In this document: piece by piece, positions 1-9,538 of the stretch
Numbering within the stretch: the stretch's first letter is position 1
Layout of the letters: every line of letters begins with the position of its first letter
Virus record (IMG/VR): IMGVR_UViG_3300009545_000020
Span: 7,444 to 71,443 of that record
Origin: a virus
DNA length: 64,000 nt
Reading direction: 5' to 3' (one strand)
Notes under the pieces: generated by a model
Database searches by the model: none
What the model saw: only the letters and a program-made list of their open reading frames with translations
What the model was told of the DNA's origin: nothing
Position numbers and translations under genes: made by a program

Positions 1-1197
1 CTTCGCGTCGTCGGTGGCCGCCGGCTTGATCTTCTCGGCCAGGCTGTCGTAAAGATTCTTTACGTGGCCGATCGCTTGCTCGCCGAGGTCTTGGGCTTTC
101 TTCGCGGCGGCGACGGTCTGTTGGCTGGCCTGGTCGCCGAGGTTCGCCATGGCGTCGCTGACTTGCTGTCGACGCTCCGGGTCGAGCCCGGCCTTGCCGA
201 GCAGCTCCTCGCCCCAGGCCTTGGCCTTCTGGGCGGCTTGGCTGTCGGAGAGATCCATCAGCTCCCTCAGCCGGCCGCCCTGCGCCGTGGAGAACTCGTT
301 CAGGTCACCGAGCGGCACGCCTTCGGCCACGCGATCGACGGAGTCATCCGCCGCGGCCTTGCCCTTGGCGATCAGGTCGGGGATCGTCGTGTCCGGTGCC
401 GGGCCGGTGACCAGAGCCTTCGCCTTGTCGGTCGCCGAGCCCACGGCGTCGCGCGCCGTGCCCAGCGCATCGCCCACGGATGCACCAATCTGGGCCTTCT
501 TCCCGGTCAAGCCGCCTGCAGCGCCGAAGCCCGCACCAAGCACCCCACCCCCTACCGCGGCGTCAATCGCCTGCTGTGGGTCGATTCCGGTGCCCGCGCC
601 GAGCTGTTTCGCCACTTCGCCCCCTGCCCCGAGCGCGGCTTGCTCGCCCGCGCCCTTGACGATGCCGCCCACCACGCTCGAACCAAGGTGCCCGCCGGCC
701 GCCAGGCCGGGCACGACGTTCTGCAGCGCGGCCGAGCCCACGCCGGCCAAGCCGGCAGTGCGCAGGCTCGGGGTCTGCCCGGCGGCATCCTGTCGCTGCA
801 GCACATCCCCGGTCTCCAGCGGCGCCTGCAGCGCGGTGCCGGCCAGCATCGTCGGGATCGCCCGGCCACGTGTCAGGGCCGCAGCGCCGAGCGCGAGGCC
901 CGCCTGCGGCGCAGCCTGGCCCGCGAGCCCGGCCACGTAGTCTCCCGCGTCGCGCAGGCTGTGCACGTCGCGGTAGGAGCCCACGCGCGGGGCTTCCGTG
1001 GCGGCCTCAGCCGCGAGATCCCTGCTGCGCTGCAGCATCTCGGGAGAGTCGAGCGCCGCCGCGCCAAGCGCGTTGAGCTGGCCCTTCGCGCTGGTCAGCC
1101 CGGAGCGCAGTCCCTTCGAGAACTCGCTGGGGGTGTTGAAGTCGTCCTCGGGGACGCTGCCGCCCAGCTCCTTCACCGCATCGATCAGCGCGCCCAT
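1..1197 (-). CDS. Internal virion / DNA-ejection protein, partial (runs off the window edge)
   Basis: Not in the ORF track. The minus frame is open from ATG at 1197 (MGALIDAVKELGGSVPEDDF...) to the edge and is coupled to the upstream stop (TGATG). It is Ala/Gly-rich and lies at the distal end of the structural arm. Confidence 0.6.
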   Translation of the reverse strand, partial: MGALIDAVKELGGSVPEDDFNTPSEFSKGLRSGLTSAKGQLNALGAAALDSPEMLQRSRDLAAEAATEAPRVGSYRDVHSLRDAGDYVAGLAGQAAPQAGLALGAAALTRGRAIPTMLAGTALQAPLETGDVLQRQDAAGQTPSLRTAGLAGVGSAALQNVVPGLAAGGHLGSSVVGGIVKGAGEQAALGAGGEVAKQLGAGTGIDPQQAIDAAVGGGVLGAGFGAAGGLTGKKAQIGASVGDALGTARDAVGSATDKAKALVTGPAPDTTIPDLIAKGKAAADDSVDRVAEGVPLGDLNEFSTAQGGRLRELMDLSDSQAAQKAKAWGEELLGKAGLDPERRQQVSDAMANLGDQASQQTVAAAKKAQDLGEQAIGHVKNLYDSLAEKIKPAATDDAK

Positions 1198-3134
1198 CAG
1201 CGAGCGCTCCGCAGGCTACGGCGCTCGGCCGGCGTCGGCCCGAGATCCGCGGTCGGAGTCTTGAACGCATCCGGCAGGAACGCGTTCGCCGGTTCGGTGT
1301 AGCGGAGGTCGTTGGCGCCGATCGACTGGCCGCCCGCCATGCGGAGCCGGTTCTGCACCAGCGTGCCCGGATCGTTGCCGGTGATGGCGTAGTCGAACAG
1401 GTCGTTGCTCACCGGGCCGCCAGCCGAGAACGGCCCGATGCCACGCGTCTGCGCGTGCCGCTGCTGCCGATCGAACAGCGTCTTCATGTAGGCAAGGTCA
1501 TCGGGTTCGAGGCCGGCGAGGCCACGGTCCCTCAGCTTCTGTGCGCCGGCCGTGTTGCCCGAGGCTTCGAGGCGCTGGATGAGGCCGCCGAGCGTTTGCT
1601 GCGCGGCCGTGGTGAACTGGCCCACCTTGGCCTTGTCCGACACCACGTTCCCCTTGTCGTCCGTGGTCGTGAACATCGTGCCGAGCTTGTCGCCCAGCGC
1701 TTTGTCCGCGCTCTCGCGCGCGGTGCGGTTCTGCTCGGCGACCTGGGTGCCGTACTTTTGGACGTCGAGCTGGTAGGCCCGGTCCTTGTTGAACTGGTCG
1801 ATCCGCGCAGCGTTGCGCGCGGTGGCAGCGGTCATGTCCTGGCCGCGCAACGTCACGTCCTGGCCACGAGCGGTGAGCTGCGCGTTCTGGTTGCCGAGGT
1901 ACCGCTCGGTCCGATCGCGGGCCATCGCTCGCGTGCTCTCGCCTGCTTCACGCAGTCGCGCGGTCTGCACGCCGGCATTGGCGTTCTGACGCTGCGCTTC
2001 CGCGCCAAGGATTGCATTCGCCTGCTCGGCGCCGCGGCGCGGGTTCATGCGGATCGCCTGGTCGGCGAGGTAGTTCGCGCGGTCGCGTTGGTACTGGTCC
2101 TCGTTGCGCGCGGTGACAAGCGGGCCGCTGCCGCCGAGATCCGCCGCACCGCCGCCCGTGGCACCAGGGCCAAACGGGTCTTGACCAGCGGGCGCAGGGG
2201 AAGCGCTCGGCGTGAAGCCCGGCACCGTCGTCACGCCTGCACGCAGCCCGGCCGGTCCGTTCTGGCCACCGCTCGGCGAGCCGTCGGAGTAGCTGAAGCC
2301 GGGGGTAATGTTCGAGCCTGAGAACGAGCTGCCCGAGCGAAGGATCTGGTTCTCGGGCGGTGCCGTCGGCAGCTGCGGGCCGATGCTCGGGTCCGCGGTC
2401 TGTGCCCCCGGCGTCGCGGCGTTCGCCACGCCCGTCGGCAGCGAGGCGTTGGGCAGCGACGGCAGCGAGGCAGGCGCAGCGCCCGAGATCTGCGCACCGC
2501 GCAACGTGTTCGCCGCCACGTCGGCGCCTTGAATGCCGCGCAGCGCCGCGCCACCAGCTCGCAGCGTCGCCCCGAGCGCGCCGGCCGGGAGACCCAGCGT
2601 AGCGTTCAGGGTGTTCGAGATGTTCCGCGTCACCTCGTTGTCGCCGCCGAAGCCGAGCGGCTGGGGCTCGGGCTGCGCAGGCGGCGCTTCGTAGCCGGGA
2701 GCCTGACCGGGGATCACGCCGGCACCAGTCGTGGGGTCCGGAGCACGGCCCGGCTGCGGCGTGGTGTCTCCACGCAGCGCCGTCGCCCCGAGGTAGCCGA
2801 TGGCACCAGGCAATGCGCCCTTCACCGCCGCGGTGCCGGCGCTGCGCAAGTTCTGCGCGAGCGCCGCGCGCACGGAGGTAGGAGCTGCGGGCGGCGTCGT
2901 GATGTTCGGTTGGATGCCGGGAGCGGGCGGCCCTTGGAAGCCAGGGGCGCCGGGCGCCGAGTTCGCCTGACGGAACGCCGTGGCTTCCGGCGATGCACCC
3001 TGCCGCAAGCTCTGCACCGGGGGCGGCTGGCGCAGTTCGGTTGCATCCCCGACGGGGATGTGCGGGATCTCCATGGCATCGCCGACGGGGATCGAGTCAT
3101 ACGCCTCACCGACAGGGATTCGAAGGCTCGCCAT
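1197..3134 (-). CDS. Putative internal virion / ejection protein (645 aa)
   Basis: Pro/Ala/Gly/Gln-rich with repeated RGQD motifs (TARGQDVTLRGQDM), as in pilot/ejection proteins; consistent position. Confidence 0.5.
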   Translation of the reverse strand: MASLRIPVGEAYDSIPVGDAMEIPHIPVGDATELRQPPPVQSLRQGASPEATAFRQANSAPGAPGFQGPPAPGIQPNITTPPAAPTSVRAALAQNLRSAGTAAVKGALPGAIGYLGATALRGDTTPQPGRAPDPTTGAGVIPGQAPGYEAPPAQPEPQPLGFGGDNEVTRNISNTLNATLGLPAGALGATLRAGGAALRGIQGADVAANTLRGAQISGAAPASLPSLPNASLPTGVANAATPGAQTADPSIGPQLPTAPPENQILRSGSSFSGSNITPGFSYSDGSPSGGQNGPAGLRAGVTTVPGFTPSASPAPAGQDPFGPGATGGGAADLGGSGPLVTARNEDQYQRDRANYLADQAIRMNPRRGAEQANAILGAEAQRQNANAGVQTARLREAGESTRAMARDRTERYLGNQNAQLTARGQDVTLRGQDMTAATARNAARIDQFNKDRAYQLDVQKYGTQVAEQNRTARESADKALGDKLGTMFTTTDDKGNVVSDKAKVGQFTTAAQQTLGGLIQRLEASGNTAGAQKLRDRGLAGLEPDDLAYMKTLFDRQQRHAQTRGIGPFSAGGPVSNDLFDYAITGNDPGTLVQNRLRMAGGQSIGANDLRYTEPANAFLPDAFKTPTADLGPTPAERRSLRSAR

Positions 3135-3167
3135 GATCTTTGCTCCGTCTAAGTTAGATGTGAGAGT

Positions 3168-4169
3168 TTAGAGCGATTCACTGCCCGAAATACCCGCTGC
3201 GGCGTGCAGGGCGTTGAGCGAGGCGGCCGCCTGCGTAGCGAGCATCTGCGCCGCTGCGATGGCGGTACTCACGCGCTGAGATAGAGCTTCGATCGCCGCA
3301 CGCAGGTTCGCCTCTTTGGCTCTAACGTCGAACTCGGCAGTAGATGTGTCGGCCCGGAGCTTCGTCTCAGCGGCCGAGATCTGCGCGCGGTAGAACTCCG
3401 ACACGGCGCCGGTCATCTTCGCCTGCGCATCGACGATCGAAGACATGAGCTGCGCGCCGACCTGGGGGCCGAGCGCGATGGCACGGATGAAGTCACCCGC
3501 CGCGCTCACCGCGATCTGGCGCAGGCTGATCGCCTTGTCGACCGCGAAGCGTACGTTCTCGATCTCCGTGTCGAACACCTTGATCGCGGTGCCACGCGAC
3601 GATTCCGCGATCTTGTCGGCAGCGTCCTTCTGTGCTTGGAGGAGTTGATACGCCGCAGCGCCAGGCGGCAGGGGAAACCGGCGGCTGGCCCAGGTCGAGA
3701 TCAGTTCCTCTTGAACACGGCCGGAATCCTTCAGCACGCGGGAACGATCACGCTCCCAGATCTGATCTTCGACCGCGGCATTGATCCCCGAGCCGCCGGT
3801 CGAGATCGCGTCGGCGAGCCAGGTCTGCGCCGCGGCGAGTTCGCTGCCGACGGGGAAGTACGTCGTCAGGAACGTATCGAACGAACTCGTCAGCAACGTC
3901 ACGACTTCGTTCTTCGCTGTCTCGAACAACGACAGCGCCGCGGTCTGGTCGAGGGGCGTCGGTGCAGTGGGTGCGGTCGGCAGCGTCACGCCCACGGTCG
4001 GCGTCGCTGCGATCGTCGGCGCCGTCGAAGCGAGCGCAATCGCTGCATCGGTGCGGGTCAATGCATCGACGGACTTCGCCGCGGCCAGATCCCATGACAG
4101 GTTGAACACGCCAGCGGTGAACGCCGCGCCGACCGACGGGCCGGAATAGGTAAATGCAGGACTCGGCAT
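3168..4169 (-). CDS. Virion structural protein, helical and Ala-rich (333 aa)
   Basis: Coupled ORF in the structural operon with a coiled-coil-like C-terminal half. Confidence 0.5.
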   Translation of the reverse strand: MPSPAFTYSGPSVGAAFTAGVFNLSWDLAAAKSVDALTRTDAAIALASTAPTIAATPTVGVTLPTAPTAPTPLDQTAALSLFETAKNEVVTLLTSSFDTFLTTYFPVGSELAAAQTWLADAISTGGSGINAAVEDQIWERDRSRVLKDSGRVQEELISTWASRRFPLPPGAAAYQLLQAQKDAADKIAESSRGTAIKVFDTEIENVRFAVDKAISLRQIAVSAAGDFIRAIALGPQVGAQLMSSIVDAQAKMTGAVSEFYRAQISAAETKLRADTSTAEFDVRAKEANLRAAIEALSQRVSTAIAAAQMLATQAAASLNALHAAAGISGSESL

Positions 4170-6052
4170 TAGAGCCTCCGGTTGATGTCGACGATCGCGA
4201 ACTCCAGCTGTTCAAGCTCGAAGTCGCAGCCGTCCTTGTTGTAGATCTCGAACGTCAGGTAGTTCGCCCTGATACCGCGGCCCGTGTCGAAGCGCTGGGT
4301 TTCGAGCGACTCCTTGAACCCACGGGCTGTGTAGAGGTACTCGGCCGCCTGCGGGCTTCCTTCATCGACGATCACTTTCAGCACCATGACGCCCGTCGAA
4401 GACATCGCCGCGTAGCACGCCTCGATGCGCTTCTGCTTCAGCGTGCCGAAGTTCTTCTTGCCGAAGCCCATCGAAGCGCGGATCGGCTGGCCGTTGTCGT
4501 CGTCGCCTTCGAGGAGGTACACGCCATCGCTGCGCGCGCCGTAGTAGCTGTCGCCGATGCGCGCGAAGCTGTTGAAGTCGTACTGCTCGTACGAGTAGCT
4601 CGCGGACGTGTTGAGGTTCATCACCCACGTCTGGTTGTCTTCGTCCGCCAGCGGCACGCCGGCCAGCATGTTGATCGCAGACATCATCACCGCCGAGATG
4701 TCGGCACTGATCGCGTCGAAGATCGGAGTCACCGCGAGCAGCGAGACGATCGAGGTTTCCTCGCGCGTGGTGAACGTCATGGCGTCGGTGATGACGCCGC
4801 TCTCGTTCATCAGCGCAGCGATGAGTACCGAGCCGATCATCGTTGGAGGAATGTTGACGACTTGGATCATCGATCCGGTACCCATCGGATCACTGCGCGC
4901 AAATACCATGGGGTACTCCATAGCGAGCTTCGCCTCGCCGTAGGGATGGTCCGCCGCCAGCATCGCCAAGCGCTTCATTGTCATCGTCGCGCCGCCAGAG
5001 CCCACGTACGAGAAACCGACAAAAGTCAGTGGTTCCATGGACATATTCGAACCGCTCGCGACGAGAAAGTCCGTTGCGTAGCTGTACATCTCCATCGGCG
5101 CCATACGCAGTGCGACCCCGCCAACGGGGTAGTTCGACGCCATCATGGTCAGCGGTAGCATGGTCAGCGGCGACTTGTCCACCGCTCCGCTGACCATGCG
5201 CAGGGGGAGCAGGTTCATCGCCACATCCACAACCGCGCGGCCCGCGTTCATGGCCATCGGGCGCATAACCAAATCAGCAGCAACGACAGGCCGAAGCACT
5301 GGATCGTAGATATAGTCGCCAGCCGTGTACAACGCAGCATCGGCGTAAAGGTAGTTGTACGGCGGTACGTAGAGTCCCGTGTGTCCGACAAAGATAGTCC
5401 GGTCGTTTGGAGTGCCTGCACCAGGATCAAGTGCTTCGTTGTGCGGCGAGGAGTAGTACAGCAAGTAATTCAACGTCCCGTCGAGCAGTTCGCTCACAGT
5501 CATGAAGATCGTGTCGCCGTGGCGCACAATCGTGAACGTGGCGCCTTCGGCGTACGCGACCCGTAGATCGTGGTCTACTGATCCATTGTCGCGGCTGCTC
5601 ACATTGCCGCCATACAAATTGAACCCGATCGATGGGTTCATGCGGTATGGGCTGTAAAAAGCTAACCCAACAATAGCGCCAGTGAGAGATCGTGGCGCTT
5701 TGAAGCTGAATACAAGATCCGTCTGAAGCGACTTGATCGACAACGCACCAGCGTTCCATCCGACATTCAGACTTTCAACCGTGGCGGGTACTGTAACCGT
5801 ACGCGGCGGGATCACGATCGAACCTGATGTCACGACGGCTACTTTTATAGCAGAGGCAAAGACACTGACCCCGCCGCTGCCGATTGGGTATTCCTTGCCG
5901 CCAATGAGTTGCGATACTGCATTCGCAGGCGGCGGCACGGACGGTCCTACCCAGTGGTACTCTATGAACGTCGTCGGGATCGTGTACCCCGGAATGACAA
6001 CTTCACGTGTCGTGTTGACCGTGATTGTGTCCTTGATCAGTTTGTTGCTCAT
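4169..6052 (-). CDS. Virion structural / tail protein (627 aa)
   Basis: Coupled ORF with a beta-rich C-terminal domain (YDFNSFARIG...GRGIRANY) and a Met-rich internal repeat. Confidence 0.55.
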   Translation of the reverse strand: MSNKLIKDTITVNTTREVVIPGYTIPTTFIEYHWVGPSVPPPANAVSQLIGGKEYPIGSGGVSVFASAIKVAVVTSGSIVIPPRTVTVPATVESLNVGWNAGALSIKSLQTDLVFSFKAPRSLTGAIVGLAFYSPYRMNPSIGFNLYGGNVSSRDNGSVDHDLRVAYAEGATFTIVRHGDTIFMTVSELLDGTLNYLLYYSSPHNEALDPGAGTPNDRTIFVGHTGLYVPPYNYLYADAALYTAGDYIYDPVLRPVVAADLVMRPMAMNAGRAVVDVAMNLLPLRMVSGAVDKSPLTMLPLTMMASNYPVGGVALRMAPMEMYSYATDFLVASGSNMSMEPLTFVGFSYVGSGGATMTMKRLAMLAADHPYGEAKLAMEYPMVFARSDPMGTGSMIQVVNIPPTMIGSVLIAALMNESGVITDAMTFTTREETSIVSLLAVTPIFDAISADISAVMMSAINMLAGVPLADEDNQTWVMNLNTSASYSYEQYDFNSFARIGDSYYGARSDGVYLLEGDDDNGQPIRASMGFGKKNFGTLKQKRIEACYAAMSSTGVMVLKVIVDEGSPQAAEYLYTARGFKESLETQRFDTGRGIRANYLTFEIYNKDGCDFELEQLEFAIVDINRRL

Positions 6053-7926
6053 GGCTTGTCGAACTCACCGGGGAATGCCGCGTACACACTCTTGGCGTAG
6101 TTGGCGAAATAGTGATCCATCGTCCAGGCGCTGAAGTACGCACCAGAGTCGAGGCTCGACGGACCAGGGTGCAGGGTATAGAGCGTCTTCCAATCGACGA
6201 AGTTACCATCGGTCGACATGAATGTCAGCGTGCCCGCAGCATGGTCCGGTGCGGCGAAGATGATCTTGCCGGGGTTACCAGAGTTCACATACGGCTTCAC
6301 GACGATGCCGTAGATCCCGCCCTGGCCAGGATTCCCGGCAGATGTCGGCTTGTTGATCGACGGCGCGACGATTGCCTCGGGCACGGGTGCAGAAGTAGTC
6401 CACGTTGCCCCGAAGTCGCGGCTGAATACGATGCGCCACACGAAGCCGAACGTGCCCTCGTCGTAGAGCGTCGGGACGTACACACAGCCGTTGCCGAACG
6501 CCATCGGGAGCGGGCGCATCCAACCGAGCAACGTCGTGCCAGGGATTGGGTTGGTCGTCACCGAATTGCTTAGGTCCGGGTTCCGCTTCTCGCGATACCC
6601 ACCAGTCATGTTCACCAGGAAGTTTTCGAGCGGCCAAGTGATCTTGGTGTACCCAGTGCCGCCAGTACCGATGAACGCGATGCAACGAAACACCGCGCCG
6701 ATGTCGCCGATGTTGTACGGCGGCCCGCCCGCAGCCTGGTAGTCCGGATCACCCTGCATGTACGCATTCGGCACGATCACGAGCGACTTGTTGCTACCCA
6801 GATAGACAACCTTCATGTTCTTCAGCATGTACATCAACTGAGAGTCGTTGTAGAAGCCGAGAGAGGGAAGGTTATCGTCATCAGGGCCGATGCCTTCAGT
6901 CACACCAGGGTCGGTCAGGTTCGTGTAGATGTACGGCGTCAGGAAGTCCGCGTCATGCTCGGTCCAGGTATCTCCGTGGTCGGTCGTCAGCACGAGCTTG
7001 ATTGGGCCGTAGACTGGAGGATCGGAGTAGCCGGGGTCGACAACCGGCAACCCGGTATGAACATCGGTGTGGCTGTTGCGCACGCCGATGTAGTTGTTCA
7101 GCGGCGCGCGGAAGCAGATCGCTTTCCCACGACCGATGCACTCAGGCATGAGCGTCCATGACGCCCAGCGTCGACCCGTCGCCAGGTTGTCTACGCCAGT
7201 TATCGCCGGCAGATCAGTCGCGGTGTACGTCGTCTCGGTCAGTGAATAGTCGCCCGTCGCGCCGATGAGGATGTGCGGCCGCGGCGAGATCAGGAAGCCG
7301 CCGAACGCCTCGTATGTGACGACGTTCTCAAGATAAGAAGTCAAGTATCGGTATCGCTTCGTGTCGTTGTCCCAACCAGTCGGCACGGTCGTGACGGTGA
7401 GAAGGAACGCGGCATACCCGATGGGGTCACCGATCGGGTCAGGCGGCACGATCGGCAACGTGTCAGCGAAGGAGATCGTCTTCTTCTCGTGCCCTAGCTC
7501 GGTCGCGCTGTACTCCCGGCTCGCGATGCTCGCGCGCGCGATCGAGAAGTGATACATCACACCGTCATGGCTCGTACCCGTCGTGTCGGCCAGGCCGGTG
7601 ATGCGAGCGATGTAGTCGTCGCCCACGAACGCCTTCCAAGGCGTGATCTCGTAGGTCGTGACGCCGTAGGAGTATTCGGTCTTGTGCTTCTTCTCCGGAT
7701 TCGTCGTCAGCATCTCGAAGCCACTGGTGCCGAGAGTCTGATGCCCCCAGAGGTAGTCAACCACCTTCACAGGCTTGTTGACGAACACCTCATAGAACCC
7801 GTTCTTCTTGTAGCTGACCGAATCCGGCCCGTAGGTCGTCAGGAACGGAGCATCGATGCCCTGCTGAGCGCGGGTCTGAGCTTCACCGATCGGAGACGAG
7901 CCGTCCCATAACTTAGGGTACTTCAT
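6049..7926 (-). CDS. Tail-associated beta-propeller protein with Asp-box (BNR / sialidase-like) repeats (625 aa)
   Basis: Asp-box-like motifs TTDHGDTW, SRDFGATW and STDGNFVDW; lower GC than the core genes. Confidence 0.55.
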   Translation of the reverse strand: MKYPKLWDGSSPIGEAQTRAQQGIDAPFLTTYGPDSVSYKKNGFYEVFVNKPVKVVDYLWGHQTLGTSGFEMLTTNPEKKHKTEYSYGVTTYEITPWKAFVGDDYIARITGLADTTGTSHDGVMYHFSIARASIASREYSATELGHEKKTISFADTLPIVPPDPIGDPIGYAAFLLTVTTVPTGWDNDTKRYRYLTSYLENVVTYEAFGGFLISPRPHILIGATGDYSLTETTYTATDLPAITGVDNLATGRRWASWTLMPECIGRGKAICFRAPLNNYIGVRNSHTDVHTGLPVVDPGYSDPPVYGPIKLVLTTDHGDTWTEHDADFLTPYIYTNLTDPGVTEGIGPDDDNLPSLGFYNDSQLMYMLKNMKVVYLGSNKSLVIVPNAYMQGDPDYQAAGGPPYNIGDIGAVFRCIAFIGTGGTGYTKITWPLENFLVNMTGGYREKRNPDLSNSVTTNPIPGTTLLGWMRPLPMAFGNGCVYVPTLYDEGTFGFVWRIVFSRDFGATWTTSAPVPEAIVAPSINKPTSAGNPGQGGIYGIVVKPYVNSGNPGKIIFAAPDHAAGTLTFMSTDGNFVDWKTLYTLHPGPSSLDSGAYFSAWTMDHYFANYAKSVYAAFPGEFDKP

Positions 7927-8581
7927 GGGTACCGACGAACATTGTCCAGAAGTCGGGCGTGTCTTCAGGGGGCGGAGCGTCGATGCTATAGATCGTGACG
8001 TAATCGAAAGTCGAGTCAGTGGATTGCTGGATATTCAAGTAGTCCAGGTCGAGACGGTCCGAACTGGTGTACGAGTTCGACACGGTCACCACCGTGGCTC
8101 CGAACGTCAAGATCGTTGTACCCGGAATCACCTTGATAGATCCGAGATACGTTCCCCCGCCGGCAAGAGTCACCGGTTGGGTGATGCTGTAGCCAGCGAC
8201 GTTCATGATCCATTGAGAGCCATCCCATTGAATCGTGAACCCATCCTGAAAGGTGTAGCCCGCATGCCGGCCGCCGACACCTATCGCCGATTTAGACGTG
8301 TCGAGAGTGGGCGCCGCAGTCCACGAAAACCGCATATCCCAGCCGCCCGCCGGGGTGTAGGCGATGTGATCGGGGGTCGAACCATCCTCTCCGTAGGATG
8401 ACGAAGTAATGAAGCTCCCGGTCGGGTACGGACTGGTCGTGGTGAGCTTTCCCGAGGAGCGAACAGCTGTACCGTTCCCCGTCGACCACGCAAACGAGTT
8501 GAAGCCCAGCGTATCCGGAGAAGCGCCGTTATTGTCCCCCGAGCCGGAGAACTGGTCGTCAAAAAAGACTACGCTGGGCAT
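7913..8581 (-). CDS. Tail-associated beta-sandwich / lectin-like protein (222 aa)
   Basis: Ser/Thr/Gly/aromatic beta-strand composition; located in the tail module. Confidence 0.4.
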   Translation of the reverse strand: MPSVVFFDDQFSGSGDNNGASPDTLGFNSFAWSTGNGTAVRSSGKLTTTSPYPTGSFITSSSYGEDGSTPDHIAYTPAGGWDMRFSWTAAPTLDTSKSAIGVGGRHAGYTFQDGFTIQWDGSQWIMNVAGYSITQPVTLAGGGTYLGSIKVIPGTTILTFGATVVTVSNSYTSSDRLDLDYLNIQQSTDSTFDYVTIYSIDAPPPEDTPDFWTMFVGTHEVP

Positions 8582-8584
8582 GTC

Positions 8585-9028
8585 TTACAGCGTCGGCAAC
8601 GCCACCGAGTAATAGTCGATGGTCTGCGTTGCGGCGTTTACCAGCGCCACACTCGTCAGGTTCAGTTCCCCGCCCGCGAGCGCGACCAATCCTTGAATGC
8701 GCGCTTGCGTCGTAGACGAAGTACCGTCATCACCAACAGCGACATGACGGAAGAACGTCGCGGTGCCGGATGCTGCATTGACGCCACTCCACACCTCCGC
8801 CGACGCTTTCTGAAGGACACCGCTGGCCGCGGCCGAGGCGAAATTGATGCCAGTGCCGGTACTGTTGTTGCTGATCGTGCAGAGCAGCGTCGCGCTCCCG
8901 AGTGCCGAATCGGCATCGGGCGGAACGGCCCCACCGTAGATCTTGATGAACCCCGCGGCGAAGATTGTCTTCAGCGGGTTCGTGTCGAGCATTTTGTTGC
9001 GCAGCCCGGTCGAAAGTTGCATTGACAT
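8585..9028 (-). CDS. Virion structural protein (147 aa)
   Basis: The IKIYGG..P.DAD and GTATFFR pattern is typical of small phage tail proteins; RBS GAGG upstream. Confidence 0.55.
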   Translation of the reverse strand: MSMQLSTGLRNKMLDTNPLKTIFAAGFIKIYGGAVPPDADSALGSATLLCTISNNSTGTGINFASAAASGVLQKASAEVWSGVNAASGTATFFRHVAVGDDGTSSTTQARIQGLVALAGGELNLTSVALVNAATQTIDYYSVALPTL

Positions 9029-9040
9029 GCTATGTGCCTC

Positions 9041-9538
9041 TTAGTTGGACGTGAGAGTGAAGCCCGCAGTGATCCGGAGCACGCTGCCCGAATCGAGTAC
9101 CTTGGGAGAAGAGAACTTGACGGCCGAGACCAGCACGCCGGTCGTCGCACCCTTGGCCGACGACGACGACATGAAGCCGCCGTAGATCGTCTTCGTGGCG
9201 TTCATCGTGAACTCGGCGCGGCTCGCGGAGTTGTCGAGCGCACCAGCTGCTACGGTGCCTGGCACGAATGCCACGCGCGTCGTCTCGGCGTAGGCCGTTG
9301 ACTCGGTCGCGGCGGCCGGCAACGTCGCGGCCGTCACGCCTGCGCTCGGGGTGTAGTTGCCCTCGTAGATTCCGATGTACCAGGTACCGACTTGCGACGT
9401 TCCTTTGAACTCGGTAGTGAGGAAGTGGTTGAGGCCCTCGGTTGGAACGAGGTTCGAGATCCATTCGGACTCGACGACTTCGCCGCCTTTGAGGACTTCG
9501 ACGAGATAGCGGAATCCGCCACGTAGTTGATCGATCAC
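9041..9538 (-). CDS. Virion structural protein (165 aa)
   Basis: NLVPTEGLN / WYIGIYEGNYTP / AEFTM pattern of small phage tail proteins; GTG start coupled to the upstream stop. Confidence 0.55.
   Translation of the reverse strand: MIDQLRGGFRYLVEVLKGGEVVESEWISNLVPTEGLNHFLTTEFKGTSQVGTWYIGIYEGNYTPSAGVTAATLPAAATESTAYAETTRVAFVPGTVAAGALDNSASRAEFTMNATKTIYGGFMSSSSAKGATTGVLVSAVKFSSPKVLDSGSVLRITAGFTLTSN

Noticed and set aside
64-1302. 412-aa plus-strand ORF
   Set aside because: Antisense shadow of the real minus-strand gene starting at 1197; Arg/His-rich composition typical of GC-rich shadow frames.
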